In this document: piece by piece, positions 1 to 9,290 of the stretch
How the letters are laid out: each line of letters begins with the position of its first letter
Position numbering within the stretch: position 1 is the first letter of the stretch
Position numbers and translations under genes: made by a program
Origin: a phage
Direction: 5' to 3' (one strand)
Sequence record: PX421306.1
Length of the DNA: 64,000 bases
The notes under the pieces: generated by a model
The model's input: the letters and a program-made list of their open reading frames with translations, nothing else
What the model was told of the DNA's origin: nothing
Databases searched by the model: none

Positions 1-82
1 AGAATTTAGATGTAGTCAGTTCAGCAGTCATTTTAGAAGTGGAAGCTTTAATCAAACGGGATTTTAAATCTGCAATAGACAT
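1..82 (-). CDS. uvsX: RecA-like recombinase UvsX, N-terminal fragment (gene runs off the window start)
   Basis: Minus-strand ATG at 82; translation MSIADLKSRLIKASTSKMTAELTTSKF matches the recalled T4 UvsX N-terminus. Confidence 0.75.
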   Translation of the reverse strand, partial: MSIADLKSRLIKASTSKMTAELTTSKF

Positions 83-159
83 TCATTTTTTCCATAGGCA
101 TCATCATATTTTCCTCACTGGTTAAAGATAGAGTAATTATAACACAATAAATTTAGGCA

Positions 160-1008
160 TTAATCAACTGCTATTGGATGAATAGCATTAAACTTATGAA
201 ACGCTTCTGATTTTTCTTTGCGCGAAACACACATGCGAAGAACCTTTAATGGCTCGTCTTCTTCACCCAACGATTTTCGTTTTTCAATATTAGAAGTTTT
301 CCAACGAGCTTGCTCTGGAAACTCTTTATTGATTTGCTCAAGAGCTCTATTATGTTTTGAATTACTACGAATTGAACTACATCCGCCTGGAGCTTGTGCT
401 TTTCCAGACACAACCAGATATTTGAACAAAGCCAAATGCGGATAACCTTGGTTAATTAAATTGAGAAATGCATACATATCTTCACATAAATCAATTTTTC
501 CATACCCAATTTGTTCTGTAGTAAGTTTTCCGAGGTCATACCATGTATTCGTGAATCCATATGAATTTTCACGATAATTACCCCAAGATGAAGTAATTTT
601 AAAAATAGGTAGACGAGCATGACCGTGATAATACCCGCAATCCATGGCATCTTCCACGTATTGAATCAATTCATAGAACTGTTCACGAGTTAACTGATTA
701 ATTTTATCTACGCAGCGACGATCATCTTTCTTTCGCATTGAACTCATACGAATAGTAGTATCATCATCAATCATCCAAATTCGTTGACCTGCATACATAT
801 CAGTAATTGCTTTACGAGTTCCAGCAATTCCATTAACATCATCAGGAATAGTTATAATTTTAGCTCTAGACCCGTAAGCGTCATAATAAGCTTTTTCTTC
901 GTGTTCACGTACTACAATATGAGGTTCATAATCAGTCGGAAACATATCAAGGGCAGAAACTGTCCCTACGCGTTGATAGCTTGGAATTACGAATTGAATC
1001 ATTTCCAC
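160..1008 (-). CDS. putative GT-A-fold glycosyltransferase at the beta-glucosyltransferase locus (DNA hmC sugar modification candidate)
   Basis: 282-aa ORF between uvsX and gene 42; N-terminal FVIPSYQR and IWMIDDD (DxD) motifs typical of GT-A enzymes; does not resemble T4 beta-gt. Confidence 0.55.
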   Translation of the reverse strand: MEMIQFVIPSYQRVGTVSALDMFPTDYEPHIVVREHEEKAYYDAYGSRAKIITIPDDVNGIAGTRKAITDMYAGQRIWMIDDDTTIRMSSMRKKDDRRCVDKINQLTREQFYELIQYVEDAMDCGYYHGHARLPIFKITSSWGNYRENSYGFTNTWYDLGKLTTEQIGYGKIDLCEDMYAFLNLINQGYPHLALFKYLVVSGKAQAPGGCSSIRSNSKHNRALEQINKEFPEQARWKTSNIEKRKSLGEEDEPLKVLRMCVSRKEKSEAFHKFNAIHPIAVD

Positions 1009-1739
1009 TCACCGTTATAATCTTTTTTCGCAATATGAGTTTCGCCAGTTTTCCACCAATGGTCAACCAAATAAAAATGACGGGAATACACATGAAGGCT
1101 TCCGACATTCCATATAATGGAACCTGCTTTATACTGACGAGTTGAATCACCTGCATTCAAATCAGATACTAATTTATCTAGTACGTATTTTTGCCATGCA
1201 TAATCATTACGGAATCCGAAGACCACGTCATTTGAACGCATGTTAACCACTGCATTAATTTTCTTATCACGAATCAGATACTGTACTGTATTCGTACACA
1301 TGAAATCTGACATGCCATCTTTATTGTAGTCAAACTGCATGGATGGACGAGTATAAATCATGATACCACGTCGAGAATCAGGATTTTGACCAAGTTCAGC
1401 TAAACACATATCATATTGGGCATAGTTATCTTCTGACCAGATGGCCCAACCATAATTCGAGTTAATTTCGCCTTTAGAAGATGCTACCTGCTGCCAAATC
1501 TTTGGTGTTTCACCTGGAATATCTTTAACAAACAGACTTTGAGACTTATACCATTCAAGTTCACGCTGAATGTATTCATCATTAAGAGCGCCAAAAATAA
1601 AAGGTTCATCTGCTACAAATGATGCACCAATAATTTCAATAGTTTTAACCCCGGTTTTATCAATTACGAAATCTTTTTCCTTTAATGCAAGACCCAAATC
1701 AAGACGGATTTCTTCAACTGTCATATAATCGTTAATCAT
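999..1739 (-). CDS. 42: dCMP hydroxymethylase gp42
   Basis: 246 aa, same length and near-identical to recalled T4 gp42; thymidylate-synthase-like fold. Confidence 0.92.
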   Translation of the reverse strand: MINDYMTVEEIRLDLGLALKEKDFVIDKTGVKTIEIIGASFVADEPFIFGALNDEYIQRELEWYKSQSLFVKDIPGETPKIWQQVASSKGEINSNYGWAIWSEDNYAQYDMCLAELGQNPDSRRGIMIYTRPSMQFDYNKDGMSDFMCTNTVQYLIRDKKINAVVNMRSNDVVFGFRNDYAWQKYVLDKLVSDLNAGDSTRQYKAGSIIWNVGSLHVYSRHFYLVDHWWKTGETHIAKKDYNGEWK

Positions 1740-1892
1740 TTAAACCTCAATTGATGCATTCATATTTAATTTGTAACAGTAATAAACTCCAACCTATAAT
1801 AAGTGGCGGAATCATAAGAGGAACTGTTACGCTATAGTATATACTTATTATAATCATCAAGATTAAAAGCAATACTGCTAAAATTTTGCTTT

Positions 1893-2144
1893 TCATTCCT
1901 TCTCTCTGATGATAATTACTTGATTTTGCTGTACAGATTTTTTAGTTTCACCTGCAATTGACCAAATAAATGTAATAAACCAACCAATGATTGACCAGTT
2001 AAACAGTAAAGATGTGAAAAAGATTCCTACTGTCGATTTTGACCCACGCATCAAGGCGATGAACCACGGAAGCATGTATATAATAATAGCCAACACGCCT
2101 GAAACTAAAACCATAAAAATTGAACCTGCTACTAAAGTTTCCAT
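1893..2144 (-). CDS. imm: superinfection immunity membrane protein Imm
   Basis: 83 aa, two hydrophobic helices, position between 42 and 43 as in T4. Confidence 0.8.
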   Translation of the reverse strand: METLVAGSIFMVLVSGVLAIIIYMLPWFIALMRGSKSTVGIFFTSLLFNWSIIGWFITFIWSIAGETKKSVQQNQVIIIREKE

Positions 2145-2151
2145 ATTTTCC

Positions 2152-2532
2152 TCACTTAGTCAAATTTTTTACACATGAATTATAAGAATTTACTACATAC
2201 TCCATCGGAGCATTTTTACCAGTACGCCATTGGTAATTATTAGCCCAATTTGCCCAAAGTTCAGCACAGTAGTTTTCAATTTTTTCTTCACGCGTAATCA
2301 CATCTGAATTACGATATGCTTGTGCAGATTCATCTGGACGAATAGCTTCGTCAAAATTCGCCTGCATTTGTTCTACTGTCTGTTTTGGAGCCTCTTTATA
2401 ACACTTGACGTTAGGATTATAAAATTTGCTTGAACAGTTTACAATTTTTCCTACATCAGACTGATTTACTACTGGTCCTTGAGCTACACATCCAGTAAGA
2501 CCCAATGCAATAACCAAAATAGCGATTTTCAT
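2152..2532 (-). CDS. hypothetical lipoprotein
   Basis: 126 aa; N-terminal signal with lipobox LTGC; several Cys; between imm and gene 43. Confidence 0.55.
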   Translation of the reverse strand: MKIAILVIALGLTGCVAQGPVVNQSDVGKIVNCSSKFYNPNVKCYKEAPKQTVEQMQANFDEAIRPDESAQAYRNSDVITREEKIENYCAELWANWANNYQWRTGKNAPMEYVVNSYNSCVKNLTK

Positions 2533-2542
2533 AATAATTTCC

Positions 2543-2779
2543 TCAAATACAAGTAGTAATTACTCCAGTAGTGCTTACACAGGTATTACCTAATTGAACA
2601 CCCAGCGTTCCATTAGTATTCATATGAAGATTATCATCAATTTTTGTTGATACTTTACCATTCATGTGAATAATAGTATTAGATTCAATCACATTCTGAG
2701 TGTCATTTTCAATATCAATAAATGGAACAGTTGCTAATGCAACTAAACACACTGCTAAACAACCATAAACAATTTTCAT
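2543..2779 (-). CDS. hypothetical small secreted protein
   Basis: Start trimmed to MKIVYG (signal-peptide-like N-terminus) with GGAG RBS; the track ORF extension is translated promoter/leader sequence. Confidence 0.5.
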   Translation of the reverse strand: MKIVYGCLAVCLVALATVPFIDIENDTQNVIESNTIIHMNGKVSTKIDDNLHMNTNGTLGVQLGNTCVSTTGVITTCI

Positions 2780-2804
2780 TTTATTCTCCAAATCCGTATC
2801 AGTT

Positions 2805-2868
2805 GATAGTTGTATAGTATCATGGAAGAACGGGAATGTAAACAGTTTTGTGAAAAAAATTTTTAATG
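2805..2868 (-). promoter_or_regulatory. T4-type early promoter with conserved leader cassette
   Basis: Minus strand: A/T-rich UP region, GTTTAC (2837-2842), 18 nt, TGaTACTAT (-10 at 2814-2819); leader nearly identical to the copy at 29258-29318. Confidence 0.6.
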
Positions 2869-2925
2869 AATTTACAGGACCTAGAATCATCTATTTTTCC
2901 TAAGTATAGATTTATATTACTTGTA

Positions 2926-2948
2926 TGAAAAAGGGACCCGGAGGTCCC
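2926..2948 (-). terminator. intrinsic terminator downstream of gene 43
   Basis: Minus-strand hairpin GGGACC-UCCG-GGUCCC followed by a U-run. Confidence 0.6.
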
Positions 2949-2961
2949 TAGATTTATTCTA

Positions 2962-5658
2962 TCAGCCAAACAGGAAGTCTAACGAAGCTTTTTCTTCATA
3001 GTCCATACCCGCCGATTCACACATACCCGCAAGCGGTTTAACAAACGATTTTTGGAACAAAGTTGAGTAGTCAATCCAAGATAGTACGTCAGAGCGAATT
3101 TCTTTTGGAAGTTCCGTACCCGACGGCCAAGCAATACACTTGTCACCAAATGGATTTCCCTCACGTAATGGAAGAACCATTACCTTATTTCCATCCAAAA
3201 TTGGAGCTACACCTAAACCACTAACAGCTCGACGATAAGTTAGTACACCACGAATATGGAACGGGCATTTAAACCCTGGCCAACCTTTATCGTCATATTT
3301 CGCTATATCGTTCGCGGTTTTTACTTCAGCAATAACTTTATAGTCAAGTTGACGGTATTCTTTCTCAAAGTTCTTATAGTATTCTTGGACAGACTCTTCG
3401 CCTTCCTGAAGAATACGACGAATACTTTCTTCGAGAGCTTCTTGTACTGCTTTTGGTGTTGAACTCTGCTGAGTTTCCATACCCATGATTTTTAGATGCG
3501 GTTCAGCAAATCGCTTATCTTCCATATCATAAACGTTCAGAGCATAACGTTTTTTCGCTTTCCAAAATCCACCAACACCCTTTGAACCAAGTGGAGGGCA
3601 AGAAATAGCTTCACGGTCCATATGCATCAGATGCTCGCGGTTATTCATATAATCACATAACTCACGATATGCAACATCAATCATAGGTTCCATCTTTTTC
3701 TTACCAAACTGATTCATGAATTCAACTAAATCATTTTGTTCTTTAAAGCGATCAAGACCTACTTTTTCAATTACTTTATCTACACAAACATATACCGAAT
3801 CAGTATCACCCGCGGCGATGAAATCTTCACCATCAGTTCCACATACTTTATTCAGATATTCATTAATTTTGCGAGCAATCCACTGAATACCGACTTGACC
3901 GAAAATTGTGATAGCAGTAGCATTTCGCAAATCATAGTAACGGAAATGAATATTACCAAGAGCACCATAAAGACTGTTGATAAGAATTTTACGGTTCAGC
4001 TGATTTGTGTTAGCAAGTGTAGCTGCTTTTTCACATTCTTCGATCAGACTATTAAGAACAGATTCGGTGTAATTCGATAATTCGTTTAAGAAATCATCAC
4101 TGAACTTAACATATCGTTCAACTTCTGGTTTAGTTGAGCAAGACCCTGCACCTTTCATAATAATCTTTTTAATAGCTTCGGCATTCATTTCTTCAGCGAA
4201 CATTTTCTTTTTCCAATCTTTACGCTGGAAAAATACTTTAGCGATTTCCTTTGGAATGATACCTTCTTGGTGCTTATCATACATCCATCCATTCGGAGAG
4301 CAAGAATATTCATCACTTGGCTTAGGAGCTGTTCCTGCGATATATTCATGAATTGGATGAACTTTAAACTGTCCACGAATAGTCTCAGGACTAATGTTAA
4401 CCTGACGAATAATGCTAGGATACAGAGACGTCAAGTCAAAACTCATAATGTATCGACGAGCAATCGGTTTAGGTTCAAACACAAATGCACCTGGAAAACT
4501 CTGTTTAACGTGCGAACCTTGTTGAGGAATAACCTTATGTTCACCTTTCAATGAGTTAAAAATAATAGCATCCCAAGTTTTAATAGGACTCATTACACCA
4601 GAAAAAGGCATTTTAGCATAATAAGACATACTTAAAACTAGATCGATAAACCCACGAATTTTATCAATTGCTTGAACTGATTCTACGTCAATAATGTTAT
4701 AACTAATGTATCGTTGATGATTAGTCTCACGAAGTTTATTAATAGGACCATCGTACGGCAATTTACCTTTTTTGGTTTCATGTTGAGCAACTGATTCCAA
4801 AGAGAACGATGGCAAATTAGTAAATGCGAATTTTTTGTACAAATCTAAATAATCAAGAATAGATACGCCATCAATAGAATAAATTTCTTTGCTACCGTAC
4901 ATATTTTGAATTAGTTTAGATTTTACTCGACCGATTGGAGAGAAGCGTTTCATACTGCGTTCGCCCAGAACCATTTTAACGCGATTCATGATATACGGAA
5001 CGTCAAATCCCTCAATATTCCAACCGGTAAAAATAGCAGGTCGTTTCTGTTCCCAGAGATTAATATATTCCATGAGCATATCACGCTCATTATCGAATGG
5101 CATATAAATTACTCGGTCAAGAATTTCTTGAGGAACTTCATCACCACCTTCACAGTCAAGCTTAGCAGCTAACTTTGCATCCCATTTTGATACTGAACCG
5201 TACATTGAATTCAACAAATCAAAGACGTAAAAACGGTCGTCAATTGAATCGTAATGAGTGATAGCATCAATTTCATATTCTGCTTTCATTGGGTCAGGAA
5301 ATTTATCACCAGTAACCTCAATGTCACAGTTAGCTACACGAACAAATTTTCGGTCATAAACAATTTCTGAACCATATGTATCACTGATATAAGCGAGTTT
5401 AAAATCGTTCATACCGAGAGCTTCGAGACCGATGTCTTCCATTCGTTTCATCCAATCTCGTGCATCTTTCATTGATGGAAATTTTTGAGGAGCACAGTTT
5501 TTACCATAAATGTCTTTGTATTTTGACTCTTCCTTACAATGCCTAAACATAGTCGGAAGATATTCTACTTCACGAGTACGTTCCTTTCCGTTTTCATCAA
5601 TATAACGCTCAACAATATTATTTCCGACTGTTTCGATAGAGATATAAAATTCTTTCAT
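2962..5658 (-). CDS. 43: DNA polymerase gp43 (family B, with 3'-5' exonuclease)
   Basis: 898 aa, near-identical to recalled T4 gp43 over its length. Confidence 0.97.
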   Translation of the reverse strand: MKEFYISIETVGNNIVERYIDENGKERTREVEYLPTMFRHCKEESKYKDIYGKNCAPQKFPSMKDARDWMKRMEDIGLEALGMNDFKLAYISDTYGSEIVYDRKFVRVANCDIEVTGDKFPDPMKAEYEIDAITHYDSIDDRFYVFDLLNSMYGSVSKWDAKLAAKLDCEGGDEVPQEILDRVIYMPFDNERDMLMEYINLWEQKRPAIFTGWNIEGFDVPYIMNRVKMVLGERSMKRFSPIGRVKSKLIQNMYGSKEIYSIDGVSILDYLDLYKKFAFTNLPSFSLESVAQHETKKGKLPYDGPINKLRETNHQRYISYNIIDVESVQAIDKIRGFIDLVLSMSYYAKMPFSGVMSPIKTWDAIIFNSLKGEHKVIPQQGSHVKQSFPGAFVFEPKPIARRYIMSFDLTSLYPSIIRQVNISPETIRGQFKVHPIHEYIAGTAPKPSDEYSCSPNGWMYDKHQEGIIPKEIAKVFFQRKDWKKKMFAEEMNAEAIKKIIMKGAGSCSTKPEVERYVKFSDDFLNELSNYTESVLNSLIEECEKAATLANTNQLNRKILINSLYGALGNIHFRYYDLRNATAITIFGQVGIQWIARKINEYLNKVCGTDGEDFIAAGDTDSVYVCVDKVIEKVGLDRFKEQNDLVEFMNQFGKKKMEPMIDVAYRELCDYMNNREHLMHMDREAISCPPLGSKGVGGFWKAKKRYALNVYDMEDKRFAEPHLKIMGMETQQSSTPKAVQEALEESIRRILQEGEESVQEYYKNFEKEYRQLDYKVIAEVKTANDIAKYDDKGWPGFKCPFHIRGVLTYRRAVSGLGVAPILDGNKVMVLPLREGNPFGDKCIAWPSGTELPKEIRSDVLSWIDYSTLFQKSFVKPLAGMCESAGMDYEEKASLDFLFG

Positions 5659-5676
5659 AGATATTCCTTAGTTTAT

Positions 5677-5694
5677 AGCCCGAGTTATTAGGCT
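5677..5694 (-). promoter_or_regulatory. gp43 translational operator hairpin (autogenous repression site)
   Basis: mRNA AGCCUAAUAACUCGGGCU hairpin 18 nt upstream of the gene 43 AUG, followed by AGGA RBS; matches the known T4 operator. Confidence 0.7.
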
Positions 5695-5736
5695 CTTGAT
5701 ATATTATACTCCAAATAAGGGGCCGAAGCCCCTTGC

Positions 5737-5970
5737 TTAAATTAATACCGTTTGTCGGTGAAAAATTGTCAATCCATCTGCATTAATTGACTTAACCACT
5801 GCGGTAAAGTGTTTTTGTTCTGGGTGAACTAATTTTTGAAATTCTACCTGAAATTTTAGTTGGAGATTTTCTGGTAAATCAAAAAGTGTTTCTGTTGCAG
5901 AAAGATTATATTTTTCTTTAAGAGACGCCATGTATTCTTGCGGGGTTATAGCAGTCATATTAATTACCAA
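5737..5970 (-). CDS. hypothetical protein between regA and gene 43
   Basis: 77-aa ORF followed by a GGGGC-UUCG-GCCCC hairpin; I do not recall an equivalent T4 gene. Confidence 0.35.
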   Translation of the reverse strand: MVINMTAITPQEYMASLKEKYNLSATETLFDLPENLQLKFQVEFQKLVHPEQKHFTAVVKSINADGLTIFHRQTVLI

Positions 5971-6328
5971 TCGTATATTTAGGAACGAGTTTCCATTCGT
6001 GTTTTTGTTTAAAAGAAATAACTCGGAAGTTATTGGTTAAATCTTTCATAAAAGTTCTTTGACCAGGAACGATTTCAATCAGTCCCCAATCTTCTAACAG
6101 CCATGCAATCGAATCACGACGAACTTCATCTTCTTCTGTCATTTCAACCTGACGGCCATCCATACGAAGCATTTCTTTAAAATGAACGATATAGTATAGT
6201 CCTTTTTTCTGAAGAATGTGGCAGGACTGATACAGAACTTTATCTTTATTATTAGCAATTCCCATGCGAGTCAAAGTTTCTTTTACTTTCAGAAAATCTT
6301 CAGGTTTTTTAAGAGTAATTTCAATCAT
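5960..6328 (-). CDS. regA: translational repressor RegA
   Basis: 122 aa, near-identical to recalled T4 RegA. Confidence 0.93.
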   Translation of the reverse strand: MIEITLKKPEDFLKVKETLTRMGIANNKDKVLYQSCHILQKKGLYYIVHFKEMLRMDGRQVEMTEEDEVRRDSIAWLLEDWGLIEIVPGQRTFMKDLTNNFRVISFKQKHEWKLVPKYTIGN

Positions 6329-6329
6329 T

Positions 6330-6893
6330 TTACCATTCCAATGCTAGTTTTTTGAGTTGTTTCTGTTCTTTTACGTTCTTAGTCACTTCTTTCAAAAAAT
6401 CATCCGTGACTAAACCTTTTAGTTCTTTTAATACTAAAGGAAGTTTTCCATTTTTAGTAAGAATTGATTTATAGTTAATTGCATCATTTGTATTAACTTG
6501 ATACCGCTTAGCAAGTAACTTAATAATCAATACTTCAGTAGAATCTTCGACCAGTTTTGCCCATTTACCATATCTTTTACCCCGAGGAACAGCAGCCATC
6601 AGATAATTAAAATGGGCTTCATCGCTTAAACCTGATCCAATTAAATTCATAGCATATACAGCTGGCATGCATTCAGGAAATTGTGATAATGCATTCTCAA
6701 CCATGTATTTTGAATAATCTTTTTGAGCAATAGAGCATTTAGTTTTATTATTAATAGCTCCAATTATTTCAAAAAACTCATTTTCAGCTTTTTCTTTAAA
6801 AGAATCAGCAGCAGATTGGACAGCTGTCCAATCTTTTGAATACCAAGCAACTTGATGCTCGTTTAATTGAATATCATCTTCAAATAAGCTCAT
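6330..6893 (-). CDS. 62: clamp loader small subunit gp62
   Basis: 187 aa, T4 gp62 length and position. Confidence 0.9.
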   Translation of the reverse strand: MSLFEDDIQLNEHQVAWYSKDWTAVQSAADSFKEKAENEFFEIIGAINNKTKCSIAQKDYSKYMVENALSQFPECMPAVYAMNLIGSGLSDEAHFNYLMAAVPRGKRYGKWAKLVEDSTEVLIIKLLAKRYQVNTNDAINYKSILTKNGKLPLVLKELKGLVTDDFLKEVTKNVKEQKQLKKLALEW

Positions 6894-6894
6894 A

Positions 6895-7854
6895 TCACTT
6901 CCACTGCATTTCGCATGCCAATTGAATGAAAAGATATGCTAAATGTAATTCCGTATTAGCCGCAATTCCGTGATACTGGTTATTTTCACCAACAATTTCA
7001 TACATACGAATAATACTTTGTGGAGTTACGCGTGTATAGATTTCTTCGGCAAGTTTACCTACGAACCACGAATAATCAGCTGCATATTTTGGTGCTAAAG
7101 CTCTGAGCTGTTTAACATCTTTATTTTTGAGAGACTCAAGAACATCATCAATAGCACCACGATCGTTAGTAACCAGTGATAAAATACCAGCATCCAAAAC
7201 ACCTTTAGACGAATAACTATCGAGCTCACCAATAGTTTTACGAAAATCAGGAAAATTCTTTTTAACCAAAGCTGCTACAACTTTCATATCAGCTATAGCA
7301 ATTCCTTCATGCTTACAGATTTCAGTCAATCGACGAATCATCTGCTTCATCATTTCAATTTTATCTTCATCGGTCGGTTGACCGAACGTAATAACTCGGC
7401 AGCGTGACTGAAGCGGTTTAATAATACCATCAATATTGTTAGCAGTAATAATAATACTGCAGTTTGAACTATAAGCTTCCATAAAGGAACGAAGATGTCG
7501 CTGAGACTCTGCTAGCCCTGAGCGGTCAAATTCATCAATAACAATTACTTTTTGACGACCATCAAATGAAGCTGCACTAGCAAAATTAGTCAAAGGACCA
7601 CGAACGAAATCAATTTTACAATCTGACCCATTCACAAACATCATATCAGCATTTACATCATGACACAATGCTTTCGCTACGGTTGTTTTACCTGTTCCCG
7701 GAGAAGGAGAATGAAGAATAATATGTGGAATCTTACCTTTACTTGTAATAGATTTAAAGGTTTCTTTATCAAAGGCGGGAAGAATACATTCATCGATAGT
7801 AGATGGACGATATTTCTGTTCAAGAATGTGTTCTTTTTCATTTACAGTAATCAT
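6895..7854 (-). CDS. 44: clamp loader ATPase gp44
   Basis: Start trimmed to [11 protein letters not shown] (T4 gp44 N-terminus); Walker [12 protein letters not shown]+ clamp-loader motifs. Confidence 0.93.
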   Translation of the reverse strand: MITVNEKEHILEQKYRPSTIDECILPAFDKETFKSITSKGKIPHIILHSPSPGTGKTTVAKALCHDVNADMMFVNGSDCKIDFVRGPLTNFASAASFDGRQKVIVIDEFDRSGLAESQRHLRSFMEAYSSNCSIIITANNIDGIIKPLQSRCRVITFGQPTDEDKIEMMKQMIRRLTEICKHEGIAIADMKVVAALVKKNFPDFRKTIGELDSYSSKGVLDAGILSLVTNDRGAIDDVLESLKNKDVKQLRALAPKYAADYSWFVGKLAEEIYTRVTPQSIIRMYEIVGENNQYHGIAANTELHLAYLFIQLACEMQWK

Positions 7855-7888
7855 AATTTCCTCATTCAAGTTTTAGTGTAAATTATAA

Positions 7889-7902
7889 AGGGCCGAAGCC
7901 CT
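7889..7902 (-). other. stable tetraloop hairpin between genes 45 and 44
   Basis: GGGC-UUCG-GCCC on the minus-strand transcript. Confidence 0.5.
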
Positions 7903-7905
7903 CTA

Positions 7906-8592
7906 TTAAAAATCGTGGGTAGAATCAGCTTCAAGAGCTACTACATAATTCGCATGTTCACCTTCAAATTTAGCAGCGCCTTGTTTACCTTTTGCCCAGA
8001 GAAGAAGTTTATAATTTCCTGGTTGCATTTTCATATTTGCCATATTGATAATGAAATTAAATGTATTTTCACCATCATAATCACCAAGAGTCAAAGAATA
8101 TTTAACACGGGTCAAAGCAGAATCTTCTACTTTGTTAAAACCGTTAATTACAATTTTACCTTCTTTTACTGTGATAGCAATTGTATCAATCTGCAGACCG
8201 CGAGATACACGCAACAGCTGTTGAAGGTCTTCAGCTTTAATTTCAGTAACAACAGATGCTACCGGGAATGGAATTGGTTTATTAGGAGCAACTACTGTAC
8301 TCGGATCAGCTGCTGGCCAAAAAATTGTTGAACGGGCATCAGCAATTTTAATATTTCCATCTTCTGACTGGGAAATTTCTGCATCGTCATTAACTAGAGA
8401 CAGAATACCTAGAAAACCGTTCAAATCGTAAATTGCTACATCAAAATCAATAGTGTCAGAAATATTTGCTTCTGCATAAGTTGTACCATTAACCGCGCGA
8501 GTCATAATAAATTGACCGGATTTAAGCATAATACCGGAGTTAATAGTAGCGAAATTTTTAAGCAGAGCAGTAGTATCTTTAGACAGTTTCAT
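7906..8592 (-). CDS. 45: sliding clamp gp45
   Basis: 228 aa, T4 gp45 length and position. Confidence 0.93.
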   Translation of the reverse strand: MKLSKDTTALLKNFATINSGIMLKSGQFIMTRAVNGTTYAEANISDTIDFDVAIYDLNGFLGILSLVNDDAEISQSEDGNIKIADARSTIFWPAADPSTVVAPNKPIPFPVASVVTEIKAEDLQQLLRVSRGLQIDTIAITVKEGKIVINGFNKVEDSALTRVKYSLTLGDYDGENTFNFIINMANMKMQPGNYKLLLWAKGKQGAAKFEGEHANYVVALEADSTHDF

Positions 8593-8647
8593 GTAATTTC
8601 CTTCAATTCAAATGAGATTTAATTTTATAACTAATTTAATAAAGCAA

Positions 8648-9037
8648 TTAACGATTAAAATCAGCAGCAATTGTTTCCGCAACAATTTGAGCAGCGACAA
8701 TTAGGCGTTCATCTGCATTACCGCAATAATCATCTTCAAGGCGTTCACCGCATGAAGTCATAATAAATTTAGCACCAGCATTTAGAGATTCTGTCGTATG
8801 TTTGCGCATTAGTTCAATCCATTTATCACTCACTTCACGATCGATAGCTTCATAATACGCATGACGAGCAGGTGCAGATTTAATTTTATTCTGAATAACT
8901 TCCATCGCGTTATCAGAAAGAGACAAAACCCATGCTCGACGAATTTTATTTTGGTTTTGCGGATTTGATTCAGAACGCACGTGTTTTGGCTGAATATCTT
9001 TTACATCAACAGTATAATTCACAGTAATTTTAGTCAT
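8648..9037 (-). CDS. rpbA: RNA polymerase binding protein RpbA
   Basis: 129 aa, T4 position between 45 and 46. Confidence 0.8.
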   Translation of the reverse strand: MTKITVNYTVDVKDIQPKHVRSESNPQNQNKIRRAWVLSLSDNAMEVIQNKIKSAPARHAYYEAIDREVSDKWIELMRKHTTESLNAGAKFIMTSCGERLEDDYCGNADERLIVAAQIVAETIAADFNR

Positions 9038-9046
9038 AATACACCT

Positions 9047-9235
9047 TTAGTCATAATAATCAGTAACAGTCCAAGCTTCATTCCTGTTGGACATTATTTT
9101 CGTATATTCTGATTTAAATGCATTCTTAAGCATAGATTCAGTAACTATATGCTCTTCATTAGAAAAATTATTTCTCAGAATATATCGTTTTATTTCAGGA
9201 ATAGTTAATAGATGCTGTCCAGTTGAATATTCCAT
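9047..9235 (-). CDS. hypothetical protein (T4 45.2 position)
   Basis: 62-aa ORF in conserved position. Confidence 0.55.
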   Translation of the reverse strand: MEYSTGQHLLTIPEIKRYILRNNFSNEEHIVTESMLKNAFKSEYTKIMSNRNEAWTVTDYYD

Positions 9236-9290
9236 GTTTTTCCTCCATAGAGATTATACTCTAATAAATTAAAGCATAATCTCTTATAAA

